Assembly (NCBI GenBank): GCA_963775465.1
Contig: CAVZIW010000001.1
Coordinates: 192,001-256,000 of the forward strand
DNA length: 64,000 bases
Origin: Candidatus Bathyarchaeota archaeon
GTDB taxonomy: Archaea > Thermoproteota > Bathyarchaeia > Bathyarchaeales > Bathycorpusculaceae
Direction of reading: 5' to 3'
This document shows positions 30,195-40,660 of the stretch, one piece after another. The notes under the pieces are model-generated. The model searched no databases. It was not told where the DNA came from and saw only the letters and a program-made list of their open reading frames with translations. Position 1 is the first letter of the stretch. The number at the start of each line of letters is the position of its first letter. Made by a program: the position numbers and the translations under genes.

Positions 30195-30231
30195 AAACAC
30201 TCTTTTTCTTTTTTTGTAAAAACTAAAAGGT

Positions 30232-30576
30232 CTAATGAGACTTTTCGAGTTCTTCAACCCAACTTAAAAATTGCGACACTGGCAAGCCTCTCCCAAGTCG
30301 CCCATCAAGTCGACTGTTAACTTTGCCTTCTTCAAATACAATGACAGTTGGCACCGCTACAACACTGTAATCATCCCACAAAGGATTATCATAATCATCC
30401 AAAAGAACATGAAGTATTTTTTTAAACCCCAAATTCACTGCTTTCTCATCAAAAACCTGAACAAACCCTCGGCAATAAGGGCACCAAGTCGCATAAAACA
30501 AAGCAAGAATCTTTTTATTTTTCTTCAATTCCAAATCAAGATCAGCTTTAGTATAAACTTTTAACATAGTGCTCAT
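30232..30576 (-). CDS. Thioredoxin family protein
   Basis: FYATWCPYC, VPTVIVF. Confidence 0.88.
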   Translation of the reverse strand: MSTMLKVYTKADLDLELKKNKKILALFYATWCPYCRGFVQVFDEKAVNLGFKKILHVLLDDYDNPLWDDYSVVAVPTVIVFEEGKVNSRLDGRLGRGLPVSQFLSWVEELEKSH

Positions 30577-30691
30577 TTAAAAAATGTTTAAGGATTTCAT
30601 AAACATGCCGTTTTCTCTCTTTAAAATAAACTTGCCAAATTTGAGCAACAACTAAAATAACCCAACCAACAATTCTAAACCAGAAAAAATA

Positions 30692-31411
30692 ATGAAACAA
30701 AAAAATTACAGACGTGGTTACCCAGTCGCCATACTAATCGGAACCGAACAAGATCACGCCTCATTGTGGCAAGTTTTTAGTCAAGTCGCCAAACATCAAC
30801 AAACCATACATCTAAACGGCGACAGAAAAGATAAAAAAACACTCTACAACTACCATGAAACAATCATAAACGCCTTAAGACCGACCATCAAAGAGGGAGT
30901 GAGAAGTATAATAGTCTCTGCCCCATCCAGGACAAGCTATGCGCAAGACCTCCTAACTCATATCTCCGCACATCATTCTTGGCTTCTACAAGGACAAAAC
31001 AAAGCATCCTTCGCCCAAATCATCGGCTCTGCAGATACGCCTCCACAAGTGTCAGAACTGACAAAAACAGCCGTTTTCGAACAGAAAATCCAAGAAAACG
31101 CTGAAGAAGAAACAGAGAACCTCCTTGAAATCATAGAAAAACGACTAAACACATCAGATAATTTAGTACTTTTCTCTTTAGAAGAAGCTGAAAAAACCAT
31201 TTTTGAAAAACAAACCGTTGGAAAGCCCCAGCCGGATTACATCTTGATGACAGACAATTACCTTTCAAATAGCCGACAAAAAAAACGGTTAAACAGACTA
31301 ATTCAGATTGCCCAAAACAAGAAAATTAAAGTAAGAGTAATTAATGCAGAATCAAACGCTGGGCTAAGGCTTACTCAGTTGGGTGGACTAATTTGTTTAA
31401 TGAAAATTTAA
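30692..31411 (+). CDS. Pelota/aeRF1 domain-2/3 protein lacking the N-terminal domain
   Basis: IIVSAP (cf. IIIAGPG); C-terminal V.VINAESNAG.RL.QLGGL.CL (cf. SSEHEAG..L..LGGIAA); only 239 aa. Confidence 0.6.
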   Translation: MKQKNYRRGYPVAILIGTEQDHASLWQVFSQVAKHQQTIHLNGDRKDKKTLYNYHETIINALRPTIKEGVRSIIVSAPSRTSYAQDLLTHISAHHSWLLQGQNKASFAQIIGSADTPPQVSELTKTAVFEQKIQENAEEETENLLEIIEKRLNTSDNLVLFSLEEAEKTIFEKQTVGKPQPDYILMTDNYLSNSRQKKRLNRLIQIAQNKKIKVRVINAESNAGLRLTQLGGLICLMKI

Positions 31412-32139
31412 AGAAAACCTTCAGCTTTTAATTGTCGAGTTGTAATTTTTCCAGTATGTAGAGCTGTAGCAATCAAAGCTCCTGAAACGCCAAGATTTTC
31501 TAACTCCACTAAATCGTGGATATCTCGTACTCCACCACCAACATAAACTTTAAAATTAAAAGTCTCGAGCACTTGTTTAAGAAAAGCAGTGTCAACACCC
31601 TCACCGGTACCAACTTTAGCCAAATCCAAAACAATAACCTCTGAAACACCCATAGCCTCGAATTCCCCAAGAAGACACATAACATCAGTGCATCCGTCAT
31701 AGCCCGATTGAACAAGAACCTTATCTCCCCTCAAATCTAAACTAATAACCACACGGTTCTTTCCAAAATGCCTAATTGCTTCAGCAACAAACTCTTTCTT
31801 TGTCAATGTCTCGGTTCCAATGATAAGTTTTGATACACCATTATCAAGCAATTTCTCTGCCCGCTCCAAACTCGTTACCCCTGCATCGACTATCAACTCA
31901 AGGCCAGTCGCATCGAAAATTCGAGTCAAAAGTTGAAAACTCATAGAGCACTCAATTATCGCATCTAAATCAGCTATGTAGAGCGCTCCAAAACCGTGGT
32001 TTTTGAAAGCCTTTGCAACTTCTAGAGGCTCTACCGATTGTGTCAGGATGCTTCGAATTGGTTGGTACTCTTGTCTTTTTCCTCTAATCGCATGAACAAC
32101 TTTGCTGTTTAAAACGTCGACTACTGGAATAACTTTCAT
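31408..32139 (-). CDS. HisA/HisF-related TIM-barrel protein (type associated with C1-carrier biosynthesis)
   Basis: IPVVD....VVHA.RG.R..Y.PI, LYIADLDAI, IIGTETL, LDLAKVGTG.G, GGGVR, ATALH.G. Confidence 0.8.
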   Translation of the reverse strand: MKVIPVVDVLNSKVVHAIRGKRQEYQPIRSILTQSVEPLEVAKAFKNHGFGALYIADLDAIIECSMSFQLLTRIFDATGLELIVDAGVTSLERAEKLLDNGVSKLIIGTETLTKKEFVAEAIRHFGKNRVVISLDLRGDKVLVQSGYDGCTDVMCLLGEFEAMGVSEVIVLDLAKVGTGEGVDTAFLKQVLETFNFKVYVGGGVRDIHDLVELENLGVSGALIATALHTGKITTRQLKAEGFL

Positions 32140-32268
32140 TTCGAAGCCTCCACATGTTTGACCATCGCAATATAATAAAACCTAACGCTTTCTAAACAAT
32201 GAAATTTTATCCAAACATAGTAAACAGAAAAGAAAGAGAATAGGCTTGTTTCGAAGCGTAATTTCATT

Positions 32269-34533
32269 TTATGGTGCGGATATTACTCTTGTATTGTATT
32301 GCTGGAGGTAAGCTTGATGAGCTGCATCAGTTGGATAACTTTCGGTGGATGGATATGGGAAACCATTCATCGCCATAAATGGAAGTGGATCAACAGTGAA
32401 GTCAAATCCATACCCCCACTCTCCCGGCGGATCTTTAAACCAACATGCAACAGTAAAGAAGTAGTCACGTACCATGTCATCTGCCACAGGAGCCAAGCTA
32501 TCCGTTGAGAATTGCAGATTTACTTGATCTCCTTGTCGACCAATCACAAACATGTCATCAGCAGATTGCACCAATGGAGTTACATCACCGTATCTTGTGA
32601 AGGCGCCCGTAGCGCTAGATTGTGTATCCCACATTTGATCCATAAATGCGGATGTCGGTGTAAGATTTGTGATGGTAACGTTTTGCTGCGCTGTCGTATC
32701 TATTCCAATATAATCGTAGGTTACATTCCAAAAGTTGGTAAACCGCACTTGATAATCACTCACATCCACAGGGAACAAACCAGTCAGATCAACAGTAAAA
32801 GTCCGAGAGTTGTAATCTGAAGGCAAAGGTATCTGTCTATCTTGAGGCGCCCGTATCCAGCTGCCGTCTGCATCTTTAATCTCCATCGTGGGTGCAGGCA
32901 TAATTTCTGTACCGTTAGTCACAAGTCCTTGTGCTGCAGCTTCTTTAAACTGGTTTATCCAAGCGTAGTACGGATCTGCCAAACCCCAATCAACCATACC
33001 CGTTATGACGAGCTTAATTTCTTGTGCACTCGACAAATCTCCCAGGTCTAAAGTCAACTGGTTTTGAATTATATTGTTCCATATACTGTCATCTCCGTTG
33101 ATCCCGGGAGTGTAGACTCCGTCTTTTTGAAGAATTTGATCTAAAACATTCTGTCCTTGCTCATTAGTTGCACTAACAGGTGAAGAAAGACTATCACCGT
33201 CAACAGTGTAGATTTGTCCAGTTGATCCCTTGTTCAGGTAATTAGTCATGGAAGTATAAACATCAGTGCCAACAGGATGGTCAACCACCATCAAGGAAGC
33301 TGAATCTAAATAGTAAAGTTCGTTCCATTGCTGAGCAAGCGTCAAATCAAAAAAGCCATTATTAGCTGCAATAAGGCTGCTGTCAAGTTTTACGTAATCC
33401 CAAGGATTCCCACCGCTAAAGACGATGTCACCGCTGCTAGTCATGTAGCCGATATAGCCTAACCAGCCAGGGTTAGAAACGTCAGTTACATATGAGTAGC
33501 CAGTTCCATTCCAGACATACAGGGAAGGGCAAGATGCGTATCCGCTAATTAAAGTATAAGTAACAATTAGGTAAAGGCGGTTATCCAACGTAAAGGTTCG
33601 GTCAGCGCTTCTTGAGCCGTCACTCCAATATGAAAACTCCAATACACCTGTTCCAACACTAAACGGATTAGGCACAGAAATTCGATGTTGCCCCACAGGC
33701 AAAAGTACAGTGTAAGGTGTATTATGTTCTTCACCATCTAAAGTAAAAGGTAAAGGTTTAGAGCCACCTCCCGAACGATTAATAACTAAGGTATGATAAC
33801 CAGTTTCAACAATTACAAAAGAGCCACTTAGGGTATTTAGTTTAACAGTATGTTTGCCTTCACTCAATGCATTAACAGTGAAATTAACTACCTGATTAGC
33901 TCCAGCTTCAAGTTCTATAAGTTGAGACTGCACCAGGACGTCATCAACCGTTACACGAACTGTTATTCTGTCCAGCTCGTTCGTTGGGTTTTGTGCAGTG
34001 GCAGTCACCGTGATATTATCGCCGATCCATCCTTCATAGGGATCTGTTTTCAGGTTTGATAGAATTATTTTGCTTGATTCAGGCGGTGCAGGTTTAATAA
34101 GAAAAACACCTGATAAGTCGCCGATTGTAACGTTAAAGGTTCCATCTTCAAGTTCGATATCGGTGAATTGGATAGTTTCATTTGTGTGTCCAGACAACGT
34201 CATGTTCATAGAGTCTTTAATTACATCATTTATCTGAAGGTTAACCGTCTGGTTACCTTCCAAATCGCCGATATTTGTTACATTAACAGAAATCTGAACA
34301 GCTTCGCCCACAAATGCTTCGTCTGGACTAATGATTAAATCTGAAAAAGTAAAGGTTGCCGCTTTAGAGGCTGAGCCTATGAGGCCTTCTCCTTGAAAGT
34401 AAAAGTAAACACCTGCAGCTGCGCCTACAATGATCAAATCAATGACTAAGATTGCCTTTAATTTTACTACGGCTGAACGTGATAGCACTATTTCTACACC
34501 CTTAACTATCAGTATCAAAATACAGGTAACCAT
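32269..34533 (-). CDS. Membrane-anchored extracellular protein with CARDB-like Ig domains
   Basis: N-terminal TM; VNVTNIGD.EG...V.L.IN repeats; C-terminal region with SCPSLYVWNG ... WFKD ... PLPF..M..FPYP ... YNTR. Confidence 0.75.
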   Translation of the reverse strand: MVTCILILIVKGVEIVLSRSAVVKLKAILVIDLIIVGAAAGVYFYFQGEGLIGSASKAATFTFSDLIISPDEAFVGEAVQISVNVTNIGDLEGNQTVNLQINDVIKDSMNMTLSGHTNETIQFTDIELEDGTFNVTIGDLSGVFLIKPAPPESSKIILSNLKTDPYEGWIGDNITVTATAQNPTNELDRITVRVTVDDVLVQSQLIELEAGANQVVNFTVNALSEGKHTVKLNTLSGSFVIVETGYHTLVINRSGGGSKPLPFTLDGEEHNTPYTVLLPVGQHRISVPNPFSVGTGVLEFSYWSDGSRSADRTFTLDNRLYLIVTYTLISGYASCPSLYVWNGTGYSYVTDVSNPGWLGYIGYMTSSGDIVFSGGNPWDYVKLDSSLIAANNGFFDLTLAQQWNELYYLDSASLMVVDHPVGTDVYTSMTNYLNKGSTGQIYTVDGDSLSSPVSATNEQGQNVLDQILQKDGVYTPGINGDDSIWNNIIQNQLTLDLGDLSSAQEIKLVITGMVDWGLADPYYAWINQFKEAAAQGLVTNGTEIMPAPTMEIKDADGSWIRAPQDRQIPLPSDYNSRTFTVDLTGLFPVDVSDYQVRFTNFWNVTYDYIGIDTTAQQNVTITNLTPTSAFMDQMWDTQSSATGAFTRYGDVTPLVQSADDMFVIGRQGDQVNLQFSTDSLAPVADDMVRDYFFTVACWFKDPPGEWGYGFDFTVDPLPFMAMNGFPYPSTESYPTDAAHQAYLQQYNTRVISAP

Positions 34534-34729
34534 AAAAGGTTTATGCGTAAAAAGATTTATAGAATAAACTTCTGATTGAGCAATACCTAAAAAAGTTTCT
34601 TAGTGATTGATGCATATAATTTCTAAATATGCTTGTGTTGCTGTATACATACAGTCACATAGTTAAATATAGATTATAGAGCCTAATCTGAAACAAGCAA
34701 GCAAACAATTTGTGTAAAGGAGAGTTTTA

Positions 34730-35521
34730 ATGAAAAGAACTAAATTTTTGGCAATGACATTCGTAATGTCACTTTTTCTAATAGCAATCGCAGGTACGAT
34801 AGGAGTAAATGGTCAAACGCAAGCAACAGTCCAAGTACTATCTTCTATTGGCGGAACAACAGATCCAGCAGCTGGCACCTACAATTACAATGACGGAACC
34901 TCAGTTACGTTCGCTGCTACAGCAGATCCAGGCTTTGTTTTCCAAGAATGGATAGTATCGACTAATGAAGGATCAAACACCGCAACTGACCAATCCATCA
35001 CAATCCCAGTTACCGGAGGCGTAGCTTACAGTTTCCAAGCAATCTTTGCTCCAATCCAAGTTCCTCCAAGCGGAATCCCCGTAACTGACTATGCCACAGC
35101 TGCAATAGTAGTTGTGCTAGCAGGAGCAGGTGGAACAACAGTACCAGTTCCAGGAACTTATGCGATTAACGATGCATCCGAACTTACGCTTACAGCTACT
35201 GCGGCAGAAGGCTGGAAATTTGACCACTGGGCTATTACTGGTTATCCAATCCAAGGCGCTCACGGATCATTTCCCTTCACACCTAACCCAACAGACAACC
35301 CATACACGGTAGACCATGGTTACGGAAACACCTATGCATACCAAGCAGTCTTTACCCCAACTGCAGAAGGTGCAGCAACACCAACACCTGGAGGAGCAAC
35401 TCCAACACCAGCAGGCGGCATGGGTGGACTCTCAAATGAATGGTGGATAATCATCGGCTTAGTCGTTGTTATTATCGTAATCCTGATTGGTTTCGGCCTC
35501 TATGCAATGAGAAAACACTAA
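34730..35521 (+). CDS. Secreted, membrane-anchored protein with two InlB-B/Flg_new-like repeats
   Basis: Signal peptide; two GGTT.P..GTY...T.TA...G..F..W repeats; Thr/Pro linker; C-terminal TM plus RKH; AGGAG RBS. Confidence 0.8.
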   Translation: MKRTKFLAMTFVMSLFLIAIAGTIGVNGQTQATVQVLSSIGGTTDPAAGTYNYNDGTSVTFAATADPGFVFQEWIVSTNEGSNTATDQSITIPVTGGVAYSFQAIFAPIQVPPSGIPVTDYATAAIVVVLAGAGGTTVPVPGTYAINDASELTLTATAAEGWKFDHWAITGYPIQGAHGSFPFTPNPTDNPYTVDHGYGNTYAYQAVFTPTAEGAATPTPGGATPTPAGGMGGLSNEWWIIIGLVVVIIVILIGFGLYAMRKH

Positions 35522-35646
35522 AACCCTTTTTTTCTTTTTTTACTTTTGAAATTATTTAATCTTGTTTTTAATCGCTCATTTGCTCAGGTTGCCGATTATG
35601 CTTTTGTTGTCTCTAAAGGTTATTTGGGTATTTTTGAGACAGAAAA

Positions 35647-35706
35647 TTTATAAGCATGTAAGCACAGGTGTGCAATAGGTGAAGCGGTGCAGGTGTGCAC
35701 ATGCTT
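35647..35706 (+). promoter_or_regulatory. Promoter and candidate operator of the grpE-dnaK operon
   Basis: TTTATAAG 35647-35654; CAGGTGTGCA at 35665 and 35690; GCACA-GG-TGTGC palindrome; AAGCATGT/ACATGCTT inverted repeat. Confidence 0.5.
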
Positions 35707-35717
35707 GTGGTGAAAAC

Positions 35718-36122
35718 ATGCGCAGAAGTTTAACTGTTACTAATGAAAACGACAAAAAAATCCTTCTTGTAAAAGGGCGCTTCCTAACAGGAGATTCCCC
35801 TTTTGATATAGATTACACCACAATGGTCAACATCCTAATAGAACTGGGGCATAAACTAATGACTGAAGCTTGGAAAGAGAGCGGAAATCCCACTGTCGTC
35901 GTGGACAAATCAGAGATAATAGATTCCTTCAAGAAACACTTCTTTAACAATGAACTTAAAGAAGAAGCAGTCGGAGATTTAGTCGCCGAGATAATCTTCA
36001 AAAAATTTGTTGAACAGACAAAGTTAGTGGCAAGCAAACAAATCGAGCAGAAAAATATCCCTGCCTTGCCTGCAGAAAAACCATCACTAACCGACACAAA
36101 AAGAGAAAAATACATCTCATAG
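35718..36122 (+). CDS. Hypothetical protein leading the grpE-dnaK operon
   Basis: ATG 35718 with GGTGA RBS; 23 bp upstream of grpE. Confidence 0.7.
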   Translation: MRRSLTVTNENDKKILLVKGRFLTGDSPFDIDYTTMVNILIELGHKLMTEAWKESGNPTVVVDKSEIIDSFKKHFFNNELKEEAVGDLVAEIIFKKFVEQTKLVASKQIEQKNIPALPAEKPSLTDTKREKYIS

Positions 36123-36145
36123 ATTAAATCAAGAGGGACAATTGT

Positions 36146-36682
36146 ATGGTTGACAAAAAAGACTCACAGTCAGAAAACTTTGAGAAACTACTCGAAGACG
36201 AAAAGAAACGCTCTGAAGATTATCTTAGCCGGTTGAAGTATTTGCAGGCGGATTTTGAAAACGTTAAGAAACGCTTCGACCGTGAAATTGAGCAAACAAA
36301 ATGCTACTGTAATGAACGCATAATTATGCAACTTATAGAGGTAGTTGATGAACTTGAGCTTGCAGTGAAAAATGGTGAAATCTCGAAGCCATCAACAGAG
36401 AATTTTTTGGAAGGAGTAGAAATGACGTTGAAAAAACTCAGAAAGGTTCTTGAGCAAGAAGGCGTGTCTGAAATACCAGACCCCCTGGGCAAAAATTTTG
36501 ACTGCTCAATTCACTGCTCAATTGCCACTGAAGAACGAGAAGATGTTGCGGAATCAACCGTAATTGATCAAATACGGAAAGGATACACATTGAGGGGCAG
36601 AGTAATTCGACCCAGTATTGTCAGAGTGTCGATCAAACCAAAAGATCAAAGTAATAAAAATAAAATAATGGAGGAAAAATAA
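36146..36682 (+). CDS. grpE: Nucleotide exchange factor GrpE
   Basis: LQADFEN.KKR, VDELE.A, EGVEM, KGY.L.GRVIRP..V.V. Confidence 0.95.
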   Translation: MVDKKDSQSENFEKLLEDEKKRSEDYLSRLKYLQADFENVKKRFDREIEQTKCYCNERIIMQLIEVVDELELAVKNGEISKPSTENFLEGVEMTLKKLRKVLEQEGVSEIPDPLGKNFDCSIHCSIATEEREDVAESTVIDQIRKGYTLRGRVIRPSIVRVSIKPKDQSNKNKIMEEK

Positions 36683-36684
36683 GA

Positions 36685-38595
36685 ATGAGTCAAAAAACAA
36701 ATAAAAAAGTTTTAGGAATCGATTTGGGAACTACCAATTCAGCAGCTGCCATCTACGAGGGAGGACATGCAACTGTCATTCCCAGTGCAGAAGGCCCAAC
36801 AATGGCTGGAAAAATGTTCCCGTCAGTTGTTGCTTTCACTAAAGACGGTCAGCTTCTGGTAGGAGAATCAGCAAAACGTCAAGCAACCACTAACTCAGAA
36901 GGAACTTTCTTTGAAATAAAACGCAAAATGGGTAGCGACGAAAAAGTTAAGGCGTACGGTAAAGAATACAGTCCCCAACAAATCAGCGCTTTCATTCTGC
37001 AGAAAATCAAGAAAGATGCAGAAACCTACCTCGGCGGAACCATAAACAAAGCTGTCATCACCGTGCCAGCCCACTTCAACGACAACCAACGCCAAGCAAC
37101 AAAAGATGCAGGCGAAATCGCAGGCTTCGAAGTTATGCGTATCATCAACGAACCCACTGCAGCATGTTTGGCTTACGGGATAGACAAACTTGAAAATGAA
37201 ATGAAAATACTTGTGTTCAGTTTTGGCGGCGGAACTCACGACGTAACATTGATGGATTTTGGCAAAGGTGTCTTCCAAGTCTTAAGCACCAGCGGTGACA
37301 CCCAACTTGGTGGAACCGACGTTGACAAAGCAGTCATGGGTTACCTGCTTGAAGAATTCAAGCGTCAATCAGGCATCGATGTTTCAGGCGACCGCATGGC
37401 AATGTCAAGACTAAAGGAAGCGTCAGAAAAAGCCAAAATCGAACTCTCCACACTAATGAGCACAGATATCGACTTGCCATTCTTAACTTCAGACGCCTCA
37501 GGACCAAAACATATGCGATTAACATTAACTCGAACCAAACTCGAATCCCTCGCCCAACCCATCGTTGAACGCACAAGACCCACTCTACTAAAAGCCCTCG
37601 AAGACGCAAAATTGACCCCACAACAAGTAGACAAAATCATCTTAATCGGCGGCATGACTCGAATGCCTTTGGTACAACGCTTTGTTGAAAAAATCTTGGG
37701 CAAAGCTCCCGAAAGAGGCTTAGACCCAATGGAGTGTGTCGCGATAGGTGCCTCAATTCAAGCCGCGGTAATAACAGGCGAAGTTACCGACCTGCTACTC
37801 CTTGATGTTACCCCCTTGACTCTTGGAGTTGAAACAATGGGTGGCGTCATGACCAAAGTCATAGAAAAGAATACCACTATTCCCACCAAACGCAGTCAAG
37901 TCTTCACCACAGCCGCAGATTTCCAAACAGCAGTCACCATTCACATCCTACAAGGCGAACGAGCCATGGCAGCCGATAACGTTTCACTCGGCATGTTCAA
38001 CCTAGTTGATTTGCCCCCTGCGCCTAGAGGAGTCCCACAAATTGAAGTTACATTCGATATAGACGCCAACGGCATTCTTAACGTCACAGCCAAAGACCGG
38101 GGCACGGGTAAAGAAAACAAAATTCGCATAACTGCCTCAACCAAACTGTCCCAAGAAGAGAAAGATCGCTTGATAAAAGATGCTGAACAATTCTCGGAAC
38201 AAGACAAAAAGAAGAAGGAAGAAGCTGAACTTCGCAACACTGCTGACAGTTTAGTTTATACTGCTGAACGCACCAAAACCGATTTGTTAGGGAAAATTAG
38301 CCCAGAAGAGGTTTCCAAAATTGATGCAACTGTAACCGAACTTAAAAATGCGTTAGCAAGCAACGATATGACACAAGTCAAAGCTAAATCCGATGAACTA
38401 CAAAAGGTTCTACAGGAAGTTGGAACTAAAGTCTATCAGCAAGCTGCAGCTGAAGCAGCAAAACAGCAGCAAGCACAAGGACCACAGAGCGGACCACAGC
38501 CCAATGCGGGACCAGAAACAATGCCCCCCAACGACGAACAGGGTGGACAAGAGGGCGACCACGTGGTCGACTCAGAAGACTACAAAGTTAAATAG
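36685..38595 (+). CDS. dnaK: Chaperone DnaK (Hsp70)
   Basis: [47 protein letters not shown]. Confidence 0.98.
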   Translation: MSQKTNKKVLGIDLGTTNSAAAIYEGGHATVIPSAEGPTMAGKMFPSVVAFTKDGQLLVGESAKRQATTNSEGTFFEIKRKMGSDEKVKAYGKEYSPQQISAFILQKIKKDAETYLGGTINKAVITVPAHFNDNQRQATKDAGEIAGFEVMRIINEPTAACLAYGIDKLENEMKILVFSFGGGTHDVTLMDFGKGVFQVLSTSGDTQLGGTDVDKAVMGYLLEEFKRQSGIDVSGDRMAMSRLKEASEKAKIELSTLMSTDIDLPFLTSDASGPKHMRLTLTRTKLESLAQPIVERTRPTLLKALEDAKLTPQQVDKIILIGGMTRMPLVQRFVEKILGKAPERGLDPMECVAIGASIQAAVITGEVTDLLLLDVTPLTLGVETMGGVMTKVIEKNTTIPTKRSQVFTTAADFQTAVTIHILQGERAMAADNVSLGMFNLVDLPPAPRGVPQIEVTFDIDANGILNVTAKDRGTGKENKIRITASTKLSQEEKDRLIKDAEQFSEQDKKKKEEAELRNTADSLVYTAERTKTDLLGKISPEEVSKIDATVTELKNALASNDMTQVKAKSDELQKVLQEVGTKVYQQAAAEAAKQQQAQGPQSGPQPNAGPETMPPNDEQGGQEGDHVVDSEDYKVK

Positions 38596-38740
38596 ATTTT
38601 AACTTCCTTTTTTCACTTTTTTGTAAACCAATTTAAGAAGATCTAAAATTCTGAGTAACTTGCATAATTTAGACGACATACTAAAATAGGCTTAGCTGAA
38701 ATATTATAGCGTAAAATTTAGAAGGAGTACAGATTTTTAC

Positions 38741-38893
38741 ATGAAAAAGCTTAAACGTAGATTAAAAGGAAAAAAAACCTATCAGAATACACACGGAACT
38801 ATCTATCGAGTAAAATCAAAACCTAACTATAAGGCTGTGAGAAAAAGAATACTCAAAATGCAACAGTCATTAAAGACTCAGCCTGCATCATAA
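38741..38893 (+). CDS. 50-aa basic microprotein MKKLKRRLKGKKTYQNTHGTIYRVKSKPNYKAVRKRILKMQQSLKTQPAS
   Basis: AAGGAG upstream at ~38722; below the ORF-track cutoff. Confidence 0.5.
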   Translation: MKKLKRRLKGKKTYQNTHGTIYRVKSKPNYKAVRKRILKMQQSLKTQPAS

Positions 38894-38957
38894 TTAAATA
38901 CGAATTCTCGGGATAATTTTGAAAATAGGGGATAGGAACGCTTTAAGCGTGAAACAC

Positions 38958-39086
38958 TTATTTTTTGCTTTTATTGTGTTTCGCTGGTAGGGCTACCTGT
39001 TTTCTTGCCTTTCGTTTCTGATCTTTTTCCCGTTGTAGTTTTTTATGGTGCTCAAGACCCTCAGCTTTTTTCGCTCTTTTGGACAA
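38958..39086 (-). CDS. 42-aa basic microprotein MSKRAKKAEGLEHHKKLQREKDQKRKARKQVALPAKHNKSKK
   Basis: TTG start with AGGTTGA upstream; open frame to TAA at 38958-38960. Confidence 0.5.
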   Translation of the reverse strand: MSKRAKKAEGLEHHKKLQREKDQKRKARKQVALPAKHNKSKK

Positions 39087-39308
39087 AATATTCAACCTTG
39101 TTAGGCTATTTGAAAAATCGATCTGAAAAACATTTCTGTTTGTATCTTAAGCTTGTGTAGATATTTAGACCGGGTTGATCTTAATTTAAATGACCACAAA
39201 GACAAGACGCAGCTTTTCTTTTAAAAACTCTCGAAATGGGGGAAATACCTATAAATTTGTGTCCAAAGCATTCTATCAAAGTTCAAATTGTCCGAGCGGT
39301 AAAGTCGC

Positions 39309-40424
39309 ATGGCTGAAAAAAGAGATTACTATGAAGTTTTAGGCGTTCAAAAAAACGCGTCCAAAGAACAAATCAAAGATGCCTATCGGAAATTAGCCAT
39401 GCAGTTCCATCCTGACCGCAACAAAGAAGTTGGCGCTGAAGAAAAATTCAAAGAAATATCTGAAGCATACGCCGTCCTATCTGATGACCAGAAACGGCAG
39501 CAGTACGATCAACTTGGGCATTCAGGTTTTGACCAACGTTACACCAGCGAAGACATCTTCCGCGGTGCAGATTTTGACTCAATTTTCCGAGACATAGGCT
39601 TTGGAGATTTATTCCGCAGCTTCTTCGGAGGAGGATTTGGTGGTGGATACGAAGAAAGCAATCGTGGACGAGATCTGGCATACGACCTTGAAGTTACTTT
39701 AGAGGAAGCTGCAAAAGGTGTTGAAAAAGAAATCGAAATTCCACGGACTGAGCACTGCAACGTATGCGGCGGGACAGGTGCAGCGCCAGGTTCAACTGCT
39801 AAAGTTTGTTCCCGATGCGGTGGAGCTGGAAAAATTCAAAACATGCGTAAAGCTGGATTTGCAATGTATGTCCAAGTATCAGCTTGTCCTGTTTGCAGAG
39901 GTAAAGGAAAACTAATAGAGTCTCCATGCAATAACTGCCGTGGTTCAGGCTTAGTTCGCAAAAGACGCAAAATCACAGTTAAAGTTCCAGCAGGCATAGA
40001 TGAAGGATACCAACTAAGACTCCGAGGTGAAGGCGAAACTCCACCTGATCTAGGCGAAACTGGAGATCTATACGTTGTTGTTCATATAAAACAGAATCCT
40101 CAATTTATCCGTGAAGGCGACGATCTATGGCATATCGAAGTGATTACATATCCTCAAGCTGCATTGGGCGCAGAAATTACGGTACCAACTTTGGAAGGAC
40201 CCACAACAATTAAAGTCCGTCCTGGAACCCAAGTTGGCCAGGTCATAACACTCAAAGGCAAGGGGATGCCAAGGTTCCGCGGGTATGGTAGAGGTGAGCT
40301 CTTGGTGCGATTAGGCATTTCAGTACCTGAAAAACTCACATCCCAACAACGTATATTGCTAGAAAAGTTTGCAAAAGAAATGGGAACTAATGTTCGGCAA
40401 AGGTCCCGAAAGTTCCACCTCTAA
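39309..40424 (+). CDS. dnaJ: Chaperone DnaJ
   Basis: HPD J-domain, G/F region, four CxxCxGxG repeats. Confidence 0.97.
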   Translation: MAEKRDYYEVLGVQKNASKEQIKDAYRKLAMQFHPDRNKEVGAEEKFKEISEAYAVLSDDQKRQQYDQLGHSGFDQRYTSEDIFRGADFDSIFRDIGFGDLFRSFFGGGFGGGYEESNRGRDLAYDLEVTLEEAAKGVEKEIEIPRTEHCNVCGGTGAAPGSTAKVCSRCGGAGKIQNMRKAGFAMYVQVSACPVCRGKGKLIESPCNNCRGSGLVRKRRKITVKVPAGIDEGYQLRLRGEGETPPDLGETGDLYVVVHIKQNPQFIREGDDLWHIEVITYPQAALGAEITVPTLEGPTTIKVRPGTQVGQVITLKGKGMPRFRGYGRGELLVRLGISVPEKLTSQQRILLEKFAKEMGTNVRQRSRKFHL

Positions 40425-40660
40425 ATAGAACTCAAAGAGGCTGTATTGTTAAAATAGCAACGATAAAGTAAATATTTTAATGCTAATCGGCAAGGATAAG
40501 TTTGTTGCCAATTGGAAACTGATTAAAATTCTTTCTGTAAAAATCCATATTTTTTTCATATGTGTTTGCATTCTATTGATGAAAACTCATTCTATTTGAG
40601 AGATATTTTATTGAGAAAAAAAGGCTTTTCTTTTTCAAAAAAAGAAAGAAGAAAAGATGT

